From contig JAGIQG010000013.1 in the NCBI GenBank assembly GCA_024679065.1, positions 43,400,001-43,464,000 of the forward strand: a DNA stretch of 64,000 nt, given 5' to 3'. The notes under the pieces are model-generated. The model did not search any database and was not told where the DNA came from. It was given only the letters and a program-made list of their open reading frames with translations. The position numbers and the translations under genes are program-made. Positions within the stretch are counted from its first letter, which is position 1; every line of letters begins with the position of its first letter. This stretch comes from Sphyrna mokarran. Lineage: Eukaryota. Positions 12,210 through 24,364 of the stretch are shown here, one piece after another.

Positions 12210-13110
12210 GTCACTGAATGCCTTTAAGACAGAGATAGATAGGTTCTTGATTAATAAGGGGATCAGGGGTTGTTGGGAAAAGGCAGAAGAATGGGGATTA
12301 GAAAAATGTCAGCCACGATTGAATGGTGGAGCAGACTCGATGGGTCGAGTGGCCCAATTCTGCTCCTATATCTTATGGTCTTATGAGATAGGAGGGTTAT
12401 CCTATGAGGAGAGATTAATTTTTAGATTCTAGAAGAATGAGAAGTAATCTCAAAACAAATACATTTCTTAAAGAGCTTGACAAGGTTCATGCTGGGAGGT
12501 TATTTCTCCTGGCTGAGGAGCATATATTAATTTGTTATGAACTCAGACAATATGTTGACCATTTAGGACTGAGGTTAGAATACATTTCAGTTATTGAGTA
12601 TTTGAAGAGAATGTGAAAAGGTTAGTTGAGTTGAAAGGTCAATTATGATCTTATTGAATAATACACCAGGCTTGAGGGACAGTATGGCCTACTTCTGCTC
12701 CTATTTCTTATGCTATTAGAATGATACAGTACAGATGGAAGTCATTTGATCCATCATGCCTTTATAGTTCTTTGGAAAAGTCATCCAATTTGTCCCATAC
12801 CTCTGCTTTTTCCTCATTAACTACCAAGTAATTATTGGAAAATTGGTACTGAATCTGCTTTTTATCTCCCTGTGTTATCTCTGTTTCTTCAGCCAACTGT
12901 GTCCTTTGGCTATCCACACTTCTGCTACAAGAATCATTTACTCCTTATTTACTCTAATAAAACTACTCATGACTTTATCAAACCTCTTGATTTTCAGTAC
13001 TGCAAGGATAATTGCAGATCTTCTAATCTCTATATGTAAATTATCTCTGGCATCATTCTAACAATTATTTTCTGTGCCCCTTCCAAAACTTGGTCATTCT
13101 TCCCAAAACA
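12210..13110. mobile_element. Cluster of CR1 3' fragments (two + strand, one - strand)
   Basis: SLNAFKTEIDRFLINKGIRG, GLSYEERL and CR1 3' UTR motifs. Confidence 0.7.
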
Positions 13111-13557
13111 TGATACTGATGGAAAGCAAAGATAAATATGAGGGCAATTATGGATAGTTTTAAGGTATTACCTTTTATTGCCCGTGATCAAATATATTTG
13201 TATGAAAATATGTATATTTCTTTTCCCCAGAGTGACTGAGTCAGCTTAAATGACCCAGTAGCAAGCTTTTTTTTTATTTGAAAGGGAAAGGTTATTTTTT
13301 TCTCCGTGCTGTTGTCCTGGAGGTTAATAAAAAAGGCAATGACCCCTAACTTTAGTCCTGAATCCTGGTGTACACAATCTCACACCACACATGCGCATCT
13401 GGACTATACGAAAGTTGTGACAGATGGACACGCACGCAATATAAGCATACTGCGTTCAAACCGCTAATTTTTTTTTATATAGCTGTTAGGTTCGAAGCGC
13501 TGTGCTGAAGTGCCTCAATTAGAAGTGATGAGAAGCACAAACTTTGCTTACTTGCTA

Positions 13558-14285
13558 CAAAGAACAAAGAACAAAACAGCACAGGAAACAGGCTCTTCGG
13601 TCCAATGAGCCCATGCCACCATTTTAACATTCCCTTGTTGCATCAATGACCCTTGTCTTTGTTTACAGAAATCTGCATTGGATCCAAATTGGGGAGACAA
13701 TTTAGGGACAATTTGTTTTGCCAATCAGCCTAAGAGCACATCTTTGGGGTATGGGAGGAAATCGGAACATCTGGAGAAAACCCATGCAAGCATGGGGACA
13801 ATGCGCAAATTCCCACAGATACCAGCCCAAATCCCTGTATCTGCACAGCAACAGTGATAGTCACTGAGCTGTCGTGCTCCCATCAACTGGTTCAGTTTAA
13901 GCGTACGCTAGCGACATGAAGCAATAGGCTACTCTCGAAAAAATCCAAGAGCAGCCATCTCATGACCCATTGCGTGTATACCCTTTGTTGGACAACAAGG
14001 CAGGCTGAAGTACCTGTAGGATAAAAAAGAAATACATCAACAACATGCACAACTTATGCAATTTCCAGGAACGTCAAGGCTCATGATTCCTATTTAAATC
14101 AGTCTACTATATTCCTCGATCCTATTCCACTCATGTGCCTATCTAACTATCTCTTAAATAATTCCAGTGTGCCTGCCTCTACCACCTTACTTGGCAGCAC
14201 GTTCCATACCCCCACAACCTCTATGTGAAAAACCTCCCTCTAATATCCAAATTATACCTTGCCCCCTCACTCTAAGCCTCGCTCT
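13558..14285 (-). mobile_element. CR1 3' end whose UTR contains a V-SINE-like domain
   Basis: Colinear with 30294-30950 and 44727-45320; (ACAAAGA)n tail, SINE-like block at ~13700-13880, CR1 ORF2 end at ~14110-14285. Confidence 0.7.
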
Positions 14286-14869
14286 GATGAAAGGTGAGCA
14301 TTTAGAGTTATTTGTTTGCACACATTTTTTACTGCTCTACCTGCAGCGAATAGAAGCAGTAATCATATCAGAGATATTCTTTAGGTAGGTTAATTTTTTT
14401 TGTAAATGTGTTTAAAAGATGTTTAAAATATATGTAATACACCAAAAATGAAAGAAAGGCATACTTTTCATTTTTCCAACTTTGTCATGGCATCCTGCTG
14501 TTAATTCCATTAAACAGTACTTTCATATGTAACAAAGTGGGTTTGAGATGTCTGCAATAAGTTTCAGTGAAAGTTCATTTGGATTTTGCTATGTATTTTA
14601 GATAGTGTAATTTATCCCATTTTAAGAGTCTCCTTGATGCAATGTTGATCCTTAGATGAGCTGTATTTACAGTGAAAAATATGCAACTTAGCTATTTCAA
14701 ATGCTTTAGGAAAGTGTAATCCTTAAGATGGCATATGCAAGCCTCTAGGAAGCTCATGTGAACTAACTGTCTGATAGGTATTCCAGAATAGAGTGCAGAT
14801 TGAAAACTTGATCTCGAGATTGTGTGACTGCTGCTTATGGGACATTGAGTTTCTAAAATTAATGATATA

Positions 14870-15046
14870 TCCTTCTCTCCTTCCCTGTCTCCATCTCTCA
14901 TTTCCTTTCATCCCTCTATCATTCCCTCCTTCGCTTCCTCATTACATTCCTTCCCTCGCTCCTTCACCCATTCCCTTCCTTCCCTAATTCCCCTCCCTCC
15001 TGTCCCTCTCTCCACTTCTCTGTCCCCCTCCTCTTCCTTAATTCCC
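14870..15046. repeat. Polypyrimidine low-complexity tract
   Basis: ~175 nt of almost exclusively C/T (ttccctcc-type units). Confidence 0.9.
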
Positions 15047-16167
15047 TGTTTACAAAAAGACAACAGAACCATTTTATTAATTTAAAATTCAATAACAATG
15101 TTTTATTAAGCATAGTGTTAAAGTAAAATGATATATATTAATGCAAGAAATTTGGAACAGTTGAGATAGTTACTCAACAAAATGTCAACTTTAGCAAGTG
15201 CTAAAGTTAAATATTAAGCCAAGTGTCAGTCAAATATCAAAGTTTTGTAACATATTTTAACATTATTTTAACATTATAACATTATTTTAGTTAATAAATA
15301 TTTGATATTAAAGTCTACAAAATTTTACAAATGATTTATTGAAACATCAGAACTTAGCATTAAAATTTGAAATTCTGTGAATATCTCATTGAGACATCAA
15401 AACATTACGTTTAAATAGGAGATAATTATAACTGAATAACGTAATTGAAATAATCAAAGAAAAAAAATCTACTATTGATTAAAACAGATATCACCTATCT
15501 TACAACAAGTGGGTCGCTAGCAGCACGGAGCAATTTAAAAAGGAGCCTGCATAAGAGGAGGGCTGTCTGAAGTAGAGGTAGCAGTGCTGGAGGGAGAGGA
15601 GACGGACCCTAATTCCCCCTGCATCGTCCCTGGACCCTTCCCCGTTCCTTGTGACATAACCTGCTGTAACCCTGATGGCAATGCCTCTTGCCCAGTAGCA
15701 ACTGCAAACAAGTTACGGAATGATGTTGTGTAGATTTAAATAGTATCATCAGATTTAAAAAGAAAACACAATCTATATCCACTTATAAATATTAAATTAT
15801 AATCATCAATCATAAAAAGTAGAACTACAAATGACACTTTAAAATAACCAAATATGATCGTATTGTCTGTTTAAAATAAAAAAAGAAGTTTGAAAAACCT
15901 TCAAAGTGCCTTTCTAACAGCTGTCAGTTATGTTGTTTCCTCTATGTTGCTGCTGTTTAAATCTCTGTCCTCAATGAACATTCCCTTTGTTTCCCTGTCA
16001 TAAATTATGGCGATTCTGAAACTGCACTTCGCTTGGACCTGTGAGACTGTCCTGATGGAGACCCAAGGCTGCTGGTGGAAATGAAAATTTCTTTGCGTTC
16101 TTTGAATGCAGTTTAAGTCTGTACTTGTTTTTTCTTAGTTTCGGCTGGCCATGGCTTCCTGCCGATA

Positions 16168-16351
16168 TGATGTGGAGATGCCGGCATTGGGCTGGGGTGA
16201 ACACAATGAGAAGCCTGACAACATCAGGTTTAAGTCAAACCAATTTATTTGATAGTAAACTCACACGCGTTTACTGTCAAATATCTTTATAATATCTTTA
16301 TAATAGTGTCGATATCTTTAGATATCTAATATCTTTAGATATCGACACTAT
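16168..16351. mobile_element. Truncated PLE pLTR with short fold-back and palindromic filler
   Basis: Begins with the family tail tgatgtggagatgccggcattgggctgggg; IR tatttgatagtaaac/gtttactgtcaaata; then IR atagtgtcgatatct/agatatcgacactat. Confidence 0.65.
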
Positions 16352-17785
16352 ATCATGTGATCTCCGATCAGTGTGGAATCACAGTCCCTGTGGTAGTTGG
16401 AAGGACTGGCAACCATCAGTTAGTATATAACAAAGTACCATGTTTTATTTACAAGCAAATGAATATACAGTGAACTTTCACAATGTTAACATTTCCAGCT
16501 CGAAGATTTACTCTGGCTGCAAAAGCTGGTACTCTGCACTGAGATGCCACGTTCATTGCCCATAATTTTCCTGGTGTACATCCCTTAAAGGAGCCAGCTG
16601 TACATCCTTCCTCCTTTAAGTCCCTTATGATACAATATGTAAATAGTTTATGCAATTTTTAAAATATTAGAACTGAGAAACACTTTCAACACAGTTTATC
16701 AGATGTTCAGTCTCTCAGGGGACTTTCTCTTTCTTTGGGAACAATCTAATTCAACTGGTTGTGGTTTACTGTAGGGATAGCTTTGGTTGAGCTTTTTCAT
16801 GACAACTGTCCTCTGCAATCTCTTGGAGTGATCTTATTATCTTACCCTTCAAGTTCATGGGTGGGGTGAGCCAGAAAATTAGTTTCATGCCTGATTTGTT
16901 ACCTCTCACAATCTTATCAGCACCAGATATCTGGTGAGATCAGCCTCATGCCCAAGAATGGTGTGAGGATGATTATAATATTTATATTCAATGTCAAATT
17001 GTATTTAAATATTATGAGTAAGCCTGGGTTGCAATCATCTAGGCTGACTTATCTTAGAGGCCTTGCCACTGAAGGTCCTCAGTGGCAAGGATCATGTATG
17101 GTCCCCATCAACGGGATCCAGACATGATGGTCTCACCAGTAGGGCTGGAGGCCATTAAGGCCACCCTAGAAAATTGGGGGCAGGGATCGGGCAGTGCCAG
17201 CCTGGCATCCTGGCACAGCCTACCTGACAGTGCCCAGTCAGCACTGAGTAGTATGAATGTTGTGAATCCTGAGGGGGATGTGCCTAAGGGGAGGAAGTTG
17301 GGGGGAATATTGCGCTCTGTGCAACCTGGATCAACAGGAAAGGGGAAACACAGCGCATTCTGCAACAAATAATTGACTGGGATGAGTAGGGCTGGGGGGG
17401 GGGGGGGGGGGTTGGCCGGCCCATGTGATGGGGTCATTAGCCCGCCCATGCAGAGAATGGGCAATCAGCTGCAGAGACCAGAGGTTGCTGGGGGGAGACA
17501 GTGACTGATCTCTGTTGCACAGAACAGAGAGATCTATGCATATGCAATAGCACTCTCTGCAGTAAGCTGGCTTTTGGGCAAGCTTAGGCTCCATCCCATC
17601 CCTTTGCCTCCAGAAAACAGATCTTGCTTCATTTTTTTCCTCAGAGTGTGATAAAATTAGATTTTAACTTGCCCAAAGAATCAGTGCGAATTCTGTTTTC
17701 ATGTGTATTCAACACTTTCAATTCTTTTGCTAAGATTGCCCCTTGTGTCTCACTTTCTTCAGTTTCATTGGGAACAGCACTTTGA

Positions 17786-18080
17786 CTAATCAGTCACTTC
17801 TTTCCTTGGACAAACAACAACACTATTTAATGACACTAATGGATCAAACAGAGATACTGGCTCTTGGGATGGCTTTTGCCTCCACAAATGATCGATGTGT
17901 TCCTTCACAAACTTGTTGTGCATTGTTACCTCACAGGACAGTAAACCAGGCATGGCCACCACAATTCCTGAGATCCATTTAGGTTCATTGTCAGAATTCT
18001 TGACAAAAACCAAACCATGTATTTCGAATTCTCTCTCGAATTTCAATCAACTATATTGGGCAACCTTTGTTCTGTGCACT
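17786..18080 (-). mobile_element. Gypsy (Mag-like) integrase C-terminal remnant
   Basis: REFEIHGLVFVKNSDNEPKWISGIVV...GLLSCEV...KEHIDHLW resembles the RxFxxGDxVxVRN..GPKWxPG.V..GPxSY.V..RRHxDQL domain. Confidence 0.75.
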
Positions 18081-18309
18081 GGCAACTAGCATATACTACA
18101 TGCTACTAATGAATCCATCCCTCTCTTTCTTGCAAAAAATATACTGAAAAGCACAACAAGAGTCATGAGCCTTGAACCAATAAAGGGTTTTATTTGTGCA
18201 AGATAGCTGAACAAATATCACTATTTAGCAAAGAAATTACAATTTGTTTTTTTTTAATGCAGCCAGAACAAGGAGAATGAAAAATGTTTTTTTAACAAAA
18301 ATGTACTTC

Positions 18310-18660
18310 CTCATAATGCTCCCTAAATATATCACTTTACATTTTTCTGTATTAACATCAATCTGCTATGTTTCATTGGTTTGTCTACATCTCCTTGTAG
18401 TTTGCTACTAACCTCCTCGTTGTTTACTACATTTCCAAGTTTTACATCATTGCAAAATGTTAAATGATGTCCTCATTTCCTAAGTCCATGCTATTAATAT
18501 CTATCAGAAAGAGCAATAGTTCGAGTATCTACTTCTGGGGAATGACACTGTATATGTTCCCAACCCACCAATACCTACCTACCCTCCTCAAATGCCCCAC
18601 CACTCCACTGCACCTCATCAGAAAAACAACCACTCACCATGTTTTCTGTCCTTAAACAAA
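18310..18660 (-). mobile_element. Old CR1 RT fragment
   Basis: Degenerate reverse-strand SKFADD-region nucleotide pattern. Confidence 0.45.
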
Positions 18661-19429
18661 TGCCTTTAATTGCCCCTCATTCAGTTTTCTTAAGATCCTA
18701 TCAGTACTTTTCGTATTCAGCTTGATTCTCTATTTTGTTTGGAACTTGACATTTGCCACATTTTCCTTTTTGTGTCTCATTTTGTCTCTTTAGCTTTAGT
18801 CATTCAGAGAACAAATATTACAGTTTAGCAAGCAGATATATATACTTCCCTCCTGCCCTCCCCCCGCTGATATTCACACACAAATGGCACAGGCTTTCTT
18901 GCCAAAGACTGTTCCTCCCTAAAAATATGTCCACTTACTGCAAATTTGCCCAATCCTTTGCAAAATATTGGTTCATTCAAAAAAAAACTTCATCATTTCT
19001 GAGATTCATTCAGATATTACCAGAGATGCGAGGTTAGAGAAACTGGGGGAAGGTAAAAAGGAAGTATTCAAAAAACTGAAGAATACAGTCAGAATACAGT
19101 CTCCCACTGTAACTTGGCTGGAACTGCAGAGTAAACTTCTGTTTGCAAATGTAAATAGATTTCTACGACACATCCAGTTAAATCTAGAGACAGAAATGAC
19201 AGTTTGGAGGAAATTCCCAGCCTGTGCAATTTCAACAAGACCACCGATCATTAACTTAGGCAGATAGTTATTAGATGAAATTAAATAAAGAGCAATGTGA
19301 ACTGATACATCCTGGAAGGAAGAATATGTGCATAAAAATGGAAATAAAGAGGGAAAGAAAGACAAATAAACAAACTAAACATTAAAACTATATAAGAAAA
19401 TTTAAAAAAGTAGACAGACACATTTTTAG

Positions 19430-19980
19430 AACTGGGAAGGCAAATTGGGAATAATGAAAAAAACAAACATTTGACACCCTAGTTTTTATGAATATGGACA
19501 CATAATACATGGGCAAAGTGGCAATGCTGAATATAAATGAGTCATTGATTAGGTTTCAGTTTGAATATTATATTCAGATTTGGGTGCCCTTTGTCTCCAC
19601 CACAGGTGATTCATTCAGATGTCACCAGGGATGCGAGGCTAAAGAAACTGGGGAAGGTAAAAGAAGTATTCAAAATACCAACGTGGCTTAATGGCGTAAA
19701 TATGGAAAAATGACTTTCTCTGATTAGTGACTCGGTAGCTAAAGGGCAGAAAGTAAGCTAGTCACCAAAAGAACCAAGAGAAAGATTAAAATTTTTTAAT
19801 GCAGAGTTGTTGGGAAGTTGGATACAAGATGCATATTAGCTTTTAAAAGGAAAGTGAACAATTTATTAAAGTAACGGAATATGGAAAGAGAATGAAAAAC
19901 AGTGAATCACTCTTTCAGTAGATGAGCATACTCATGATGGACTAAATGGAGAACTTCCATGCAGTCAAATTCTATGATTT
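19430..19980 (+). mobile_element. Old CR1 3' fragment
   Basis: MLNINESLIRFQFEYYIQIWVP resembles LYKTLVRPHLEYCVQFWSP; ends in ttctatgatt. Confidence 0.6.
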
Positions 19981-20481
19981 TAAAAGTAATGCTTGTCAGT
20001 AGTTAATTGCGAAAATAACTGTTTGTAACCAGTTAAAATGGGTAACGACTGTCTATAAAAGTGCAAGTCTAGTTACCTATTTATGTGCTGAAGTTGCTAA
20101 ATTAGCATTGTTGACAATTATGTCAGGAGCAGGTTCACTACTCTGGACTGTAGAAGTCAGTATCAAGTCACATCAGCTACAAATAAATAATCAGCGGCAG
20201 TACTTTCAAAAATACAGATCAGGCTGGAAAATGCAGCGTTGATACCCGAGAGTTATTTTCCTTCCCCTGAAGACATTTAAATCTGTCCTTTGCAGCCCTT
20301 TTGTGAAAAGTTAGGGTACACCTTCATCTTCTTGCCTCATTCCCTTTCAAAGAGGCGTTATGTTTCTGAAAGGTCAGAGATACAGAAACAAGTGCTTTGT
20401 TTGCACAGCTTCTCCATGCCTTTGTTTGGAATGAATGGAAGCTCCATCCCAAACAAAGGCTCCTTGGATATCTGATGTAAG

Positions 20482-20709
20482 CCATGATGTAGAGATGCCG
20501 GCATTGGACTGGGATAAACTCAGTAAGAGGTCTGACAACACCAATTTTAAATCCAACCGATTTATTTGATAGTAATCTGCGAGCTTTCGGCCTTTGTAGC
20601 CTTCGTCAGGCGAAGGTGTATTCGCCTGACGAAGGCTACAAAGGCCAAAAGCTTGCAAGTTTTCTATCAAATAAATCAGTTGGATTTAAAATTGGTGTTG
20701 TCAGACCTC
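20482..20709. mobile_element. PLE-derived hairpin element with two head-to-head hammerhead motifs
   Basis: ~89-bp inverted arms (20526-20614 / 20621-20710) around a 6-nt loop; perfect 13-bp TSD tatctgatgtaag at 20469-20481 and 20710-20722. Confidence 0.85.
20578..20614 (-). ncRNA. Minimal hammerhead ribozyme motif with intact catalytic core
   Basis: Minus strand UUCGC-CUGACGA-A-GGC(UACAAAG)GCC-GAAA-GC-UC-GCAG; stem I is weak; mirror copy 20621-20657 has GAAA>AAAA. Confidence 0.75.
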
Positions 20710-22226
20710 TATCTGATGTAAGGCATATTTAAATCCTGATCTAATTTGTAGGCTTTCCATCACCTTTTCATCAGAGTTACAGCAGCAGTACGTAAAAAGC
20801 ATTAAGGATTTATACCCCCTTATTCATCAAGGGATTTTTAAAAAAGATCATTTTAGCAAAACTGACATAATTACATTTTTATGTGGTTTTGTTTACATTT
20901 ATTGTGGTACCCTCCCCATTTTTTCATAGACGTCCTCATTCTCATGGTTTCCATTTTTATGGGATTGTTCACTCTTCATTCTTTTACCTGTTGAGATAAA
21001 TATATATATAACTATGGTGAACTTCTCTTCAAAAAAATGGGAGGAAAGTCATATTTACATAAACCTGCACAATGAACTTGGATTATAAGATGTGATGTGA
21101 CTTTTTCACTCGGCAAGCTTCAGAATATTGATGTATGACCATATTGCTTCAGCACAAAGCAATAAGATTTAAATCACATCTATTTTACCCTATTATTATT
21201 TACTTATATTCTTCAAAACCATCTATACACTCAGATTAAAGGGTAAACAGGAGCCCTCTAGAAACACTGCTTTCGATTTAATAGATGGTTCTTGTAGAGC
21301 ATCCTTCATAGACACTCCCAGTTACTGAAACAAAAAGGATGACCAATTAAAAACCAATTTAAAATGGCATTTCCTAATGAAGTCATTGATGGCATAGTTA
21401 TGATTATTATGAACTCACCATGTGGAAAATCAGAGGCAAACTCTAGAAAATATAGAATGGGAGGCCTGACAAACAGACACACGTTTTATCCTGGTCTGCT
21501 GAAGAGATAAGTGAGTAATACTATGGGACAACCTTTTGCTATGCTGGTAGACTTTATGCAGAGGCAAACTAACTTCTATAAGAAGTACAGAAGCGAATCA
21601 TGTAAGAAAGCAACTGCTACTGCTCAAGTAGACCCAAATTCATGACCTGGATTCAAATGATAAATGCTCTGTAGATATTATCAGTCTACCTTCCTGTTGT
21701 AGAGAACTAGAATGACTTTATTGGACCATATTGATCAGAAGGAATGAAGACAGACTCCCTTTTTATTCCCTATTTTGACTGGAGTGTTGCCACCAAATAA
21801 AAGCATGTATTTTTAACTGCAAGAAAAACAAATGATCATAAACTAGACTGAAAGCACCTTGACAGTGATACCATTAGATATCTCTCTGCAAGATCCATTC
21901 TACCTCTCCTGCCCATCAAAGCGTAGTATGTTTAAACTGAGGCCAATTCCTGTTGTTCTATATATTACCACTTTCACTTTGATATGAAAAAGTTTCTAAC
22001 ATGCATCAAAATGAAAATCGTGGTATAATTTGGAAGTCAGTTCCTGATCTGACTCCTGAAACCCAATGAGGTTTGGGGGTGTGAGAAACAGTCTGCAAGG
22101 AATTCTCACACTAGTTAAAGTTCACAGTGTTGCGTGTCTGTGACTTATTGCAATGTCACATTTGAAAAACATGCAGACATTAATTAAACTAAGTATATGA
22201 TATTTTTCAGTGCACTTCTAACACTG

Positions 22227-22677
22227 GGGTGGCGTAGTGGCATAATGATTAGCACTGCTGCCCCACAGCTCAGGGACCCGGGTTCAATTCCAGCCTCTGG
22301 TTTGCGCGTTCTTTATGGGTTTCCACCGGGTGCTCCGATTTCCTCCTAGATTCCAAAGATGTGCGAGTTAAGTTGATTGGCCGTGCTAAATTGGCTCTTA
22401 GGGTGGAATTTTCCCACCCCCTCCCGCCACGGGAATCAGAGCAGAATTTTCCCTTCCTGTCTACCACAGGAATCATAGCGGGTTGGATAGCACCATGCAG
22501 AGATCCATGGATTTTCCATTCTTGAGGTGAGTGCGACCAGAAAATCCTGTCTTGTGTATTGGGAGATTAGCAGATAAATATGTGTTGATATGGAATAGGG
22601 TCAGGGTAAGTGTTGGTGGAGACAAGATGGGCCAAATGGTTTTCTTCTGCGCTATAGGTATTGTATGATTCTATGAT
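22227..22677 (+). mobile_element. V-SINE/HE1-like SINE with nested MITE-like insert (~22401-22551)
   Basis: tRNA-like head with B box gggttcaattcc, V-domain core, CR1-type tail; insert bounded by ggaattttc...gaaaatcc. Confidence 0.8.
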
Positions 22678-23859
22678 TAAAAATGAGCAGAAGCGAAATT
22701 CCAGGTAACTGGTGTTGAAAGCTGACCAACACACTACATGAATATTGGTTTCGGATCAGCACAAGCTGTATAATGGCAGCCTGGCTGTAACTAAATAATT
22801 CTAATGACATGTTGCCAGCCAAGTTCTGTCGGGGAGTTCTCAAGCTAAATTCCTCTCTCTCTCTCTCTCTCACTCTCCAGCTGCCTTTTAAAGTTTCATT
22901 GAGATTACAGCATAACCTGAAATCTACAATGAACAAATTTCATATTATGAAAGCAACAGGAATACAACAGCCAAAGATAATTGCTTTGAAATTATAATTT
23001 ATGAGTTTATTTCCAGAATTTCTACTTTTCTGAATAGCCAAAAGAAAAAAAAATGCATCACTGGTCTGGTTTGGGCAATCAAATATGATAGGCTGTTCCC
23101 ACGAAGGTACCTGGGTATCACCCTCCCTGTGGGTCACAGACCACTCTTACATTGCACCACAGCCACCCAAGTCAATGAATCATTGTGAAAGCTAACGTAA
23201 TTTTCTTTCATTTACTTGTCAATTTGCCTTTCAAAGCCATCTGCATTCTCTGCAGGAAAATACTGACTTGAATTTTCCAAGGCAATGGAGAAGGTATTCA
23301 TATTTTGACTTGCTGGGAGTGAGGGTATCTGATCCCACACAGGGAAATCATAGATCCAGGTTTCCCACGTTATGAATGTTTCAGCATGTGATAACATTGA
23401 CAGGTTCCCCTCTCAGAAGATGGGCTTTGCTTCCAGTACGACAGAAAATGCTGGAGAAGAAGCCTTAGAACCAGGTAGGTCTAGAGGCCTCAAGAATCAT
23501 AGGCTAGGTGGAGTTTGGATTGGAGACACAGGGCATATGGAAGAATGAAGAGTGGCATGTTTGGGGCGGCTGGGATGGTAGTGGAGAGGTGAATGGGAAA
23601 AAATGTGGACATTGGGAATTCAATTTGAAATGATGGGTACACATGAGGAATGTGTAGAATAATATTAAAATTTCCACCTTGCCTCCTGGGGGTGAGTTAG
23701 CCACTTGCACAACACCATCCAGCCTCCAGTAAAACCAGAAATGGAAAGGAGGATAGCATTTTGAATTGCTGTTAGGGATGAGCAATAAATGTTGGACTAG
23801 CCAGTGACACCTGCATTCTGAAAATCAATTTTAAAAAATTAAATCATGTCCTTCATGAC

Positions 23860-24250
23860 CACGGGATGACCCCAGATTCTTTACAGCCAATGAAGTATTT
23901 CTGCAATATAGTCACTGTTGTAATACAGGAAATTCAGCAGCCAATTTGCACAGAGTAAGCTCCTTTCCACAAACAAGAACGTGACAATCATCAGATAATC
24001 TGTTTTATGATATTGATTGTGAAATAAATCATGGACAAGTCACCAGGATTGTGTCCTCTGCCCTTCTTCACAATAGCAATATGGAAAATTTTATGTTCAC
24101 CTGTTAGATCAGGGATTGCATTGGTTTAATGTCTTAGCTAGAAGGCCTTGCACCACTCCTGTAATCTTGCACTGGCATGTCAGCTTAGATTTTTGTGTTC
24201 AGGACTCTGGAGTGCTTGTTTTATCCACAATCTTTTGCATCAGTCCTGAA
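23860..24250 (-). mobile_element. DeuSINE/SacSINE1-like SINE (degenerate)
   Basis: ctttacagccaatgaagta...cagccaatttgcaca...cagataatctgtttt...ggtttaatgtct...tgcactgg matches my recollection of the reversed Deu domain. Confidence 0.6.
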
Positions 24251-24364
24251 TACTAAAAACCAACCAGTGATTGGCAATGAAATGAGCATGTTGGAGAAAG
24301 TTGGATTCAATTCAGATTTTTAACATGTTAACCCCCCATCCCAATTTAAACCCTTAATTTTTGA

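Noticed and set aside
17082-17464. Overlapping 96-118 aa ORFs on both strands
   Set aside because: GC-rich repeat-like DNA with a poly-G run; no domain motif or splice structure
22227-22300. tRNA gene
   Set aside because: A/B-box-like head of a SINE; no cloverleaf or anticodon arm
23212-23397. Possible cytoplasmic exon with IYDFP motif
   Set aside because: No convincing acceptor in phase with the TM exon; the region shows weak inverted similarity to 23090-23145, suggesting a decayed repeat
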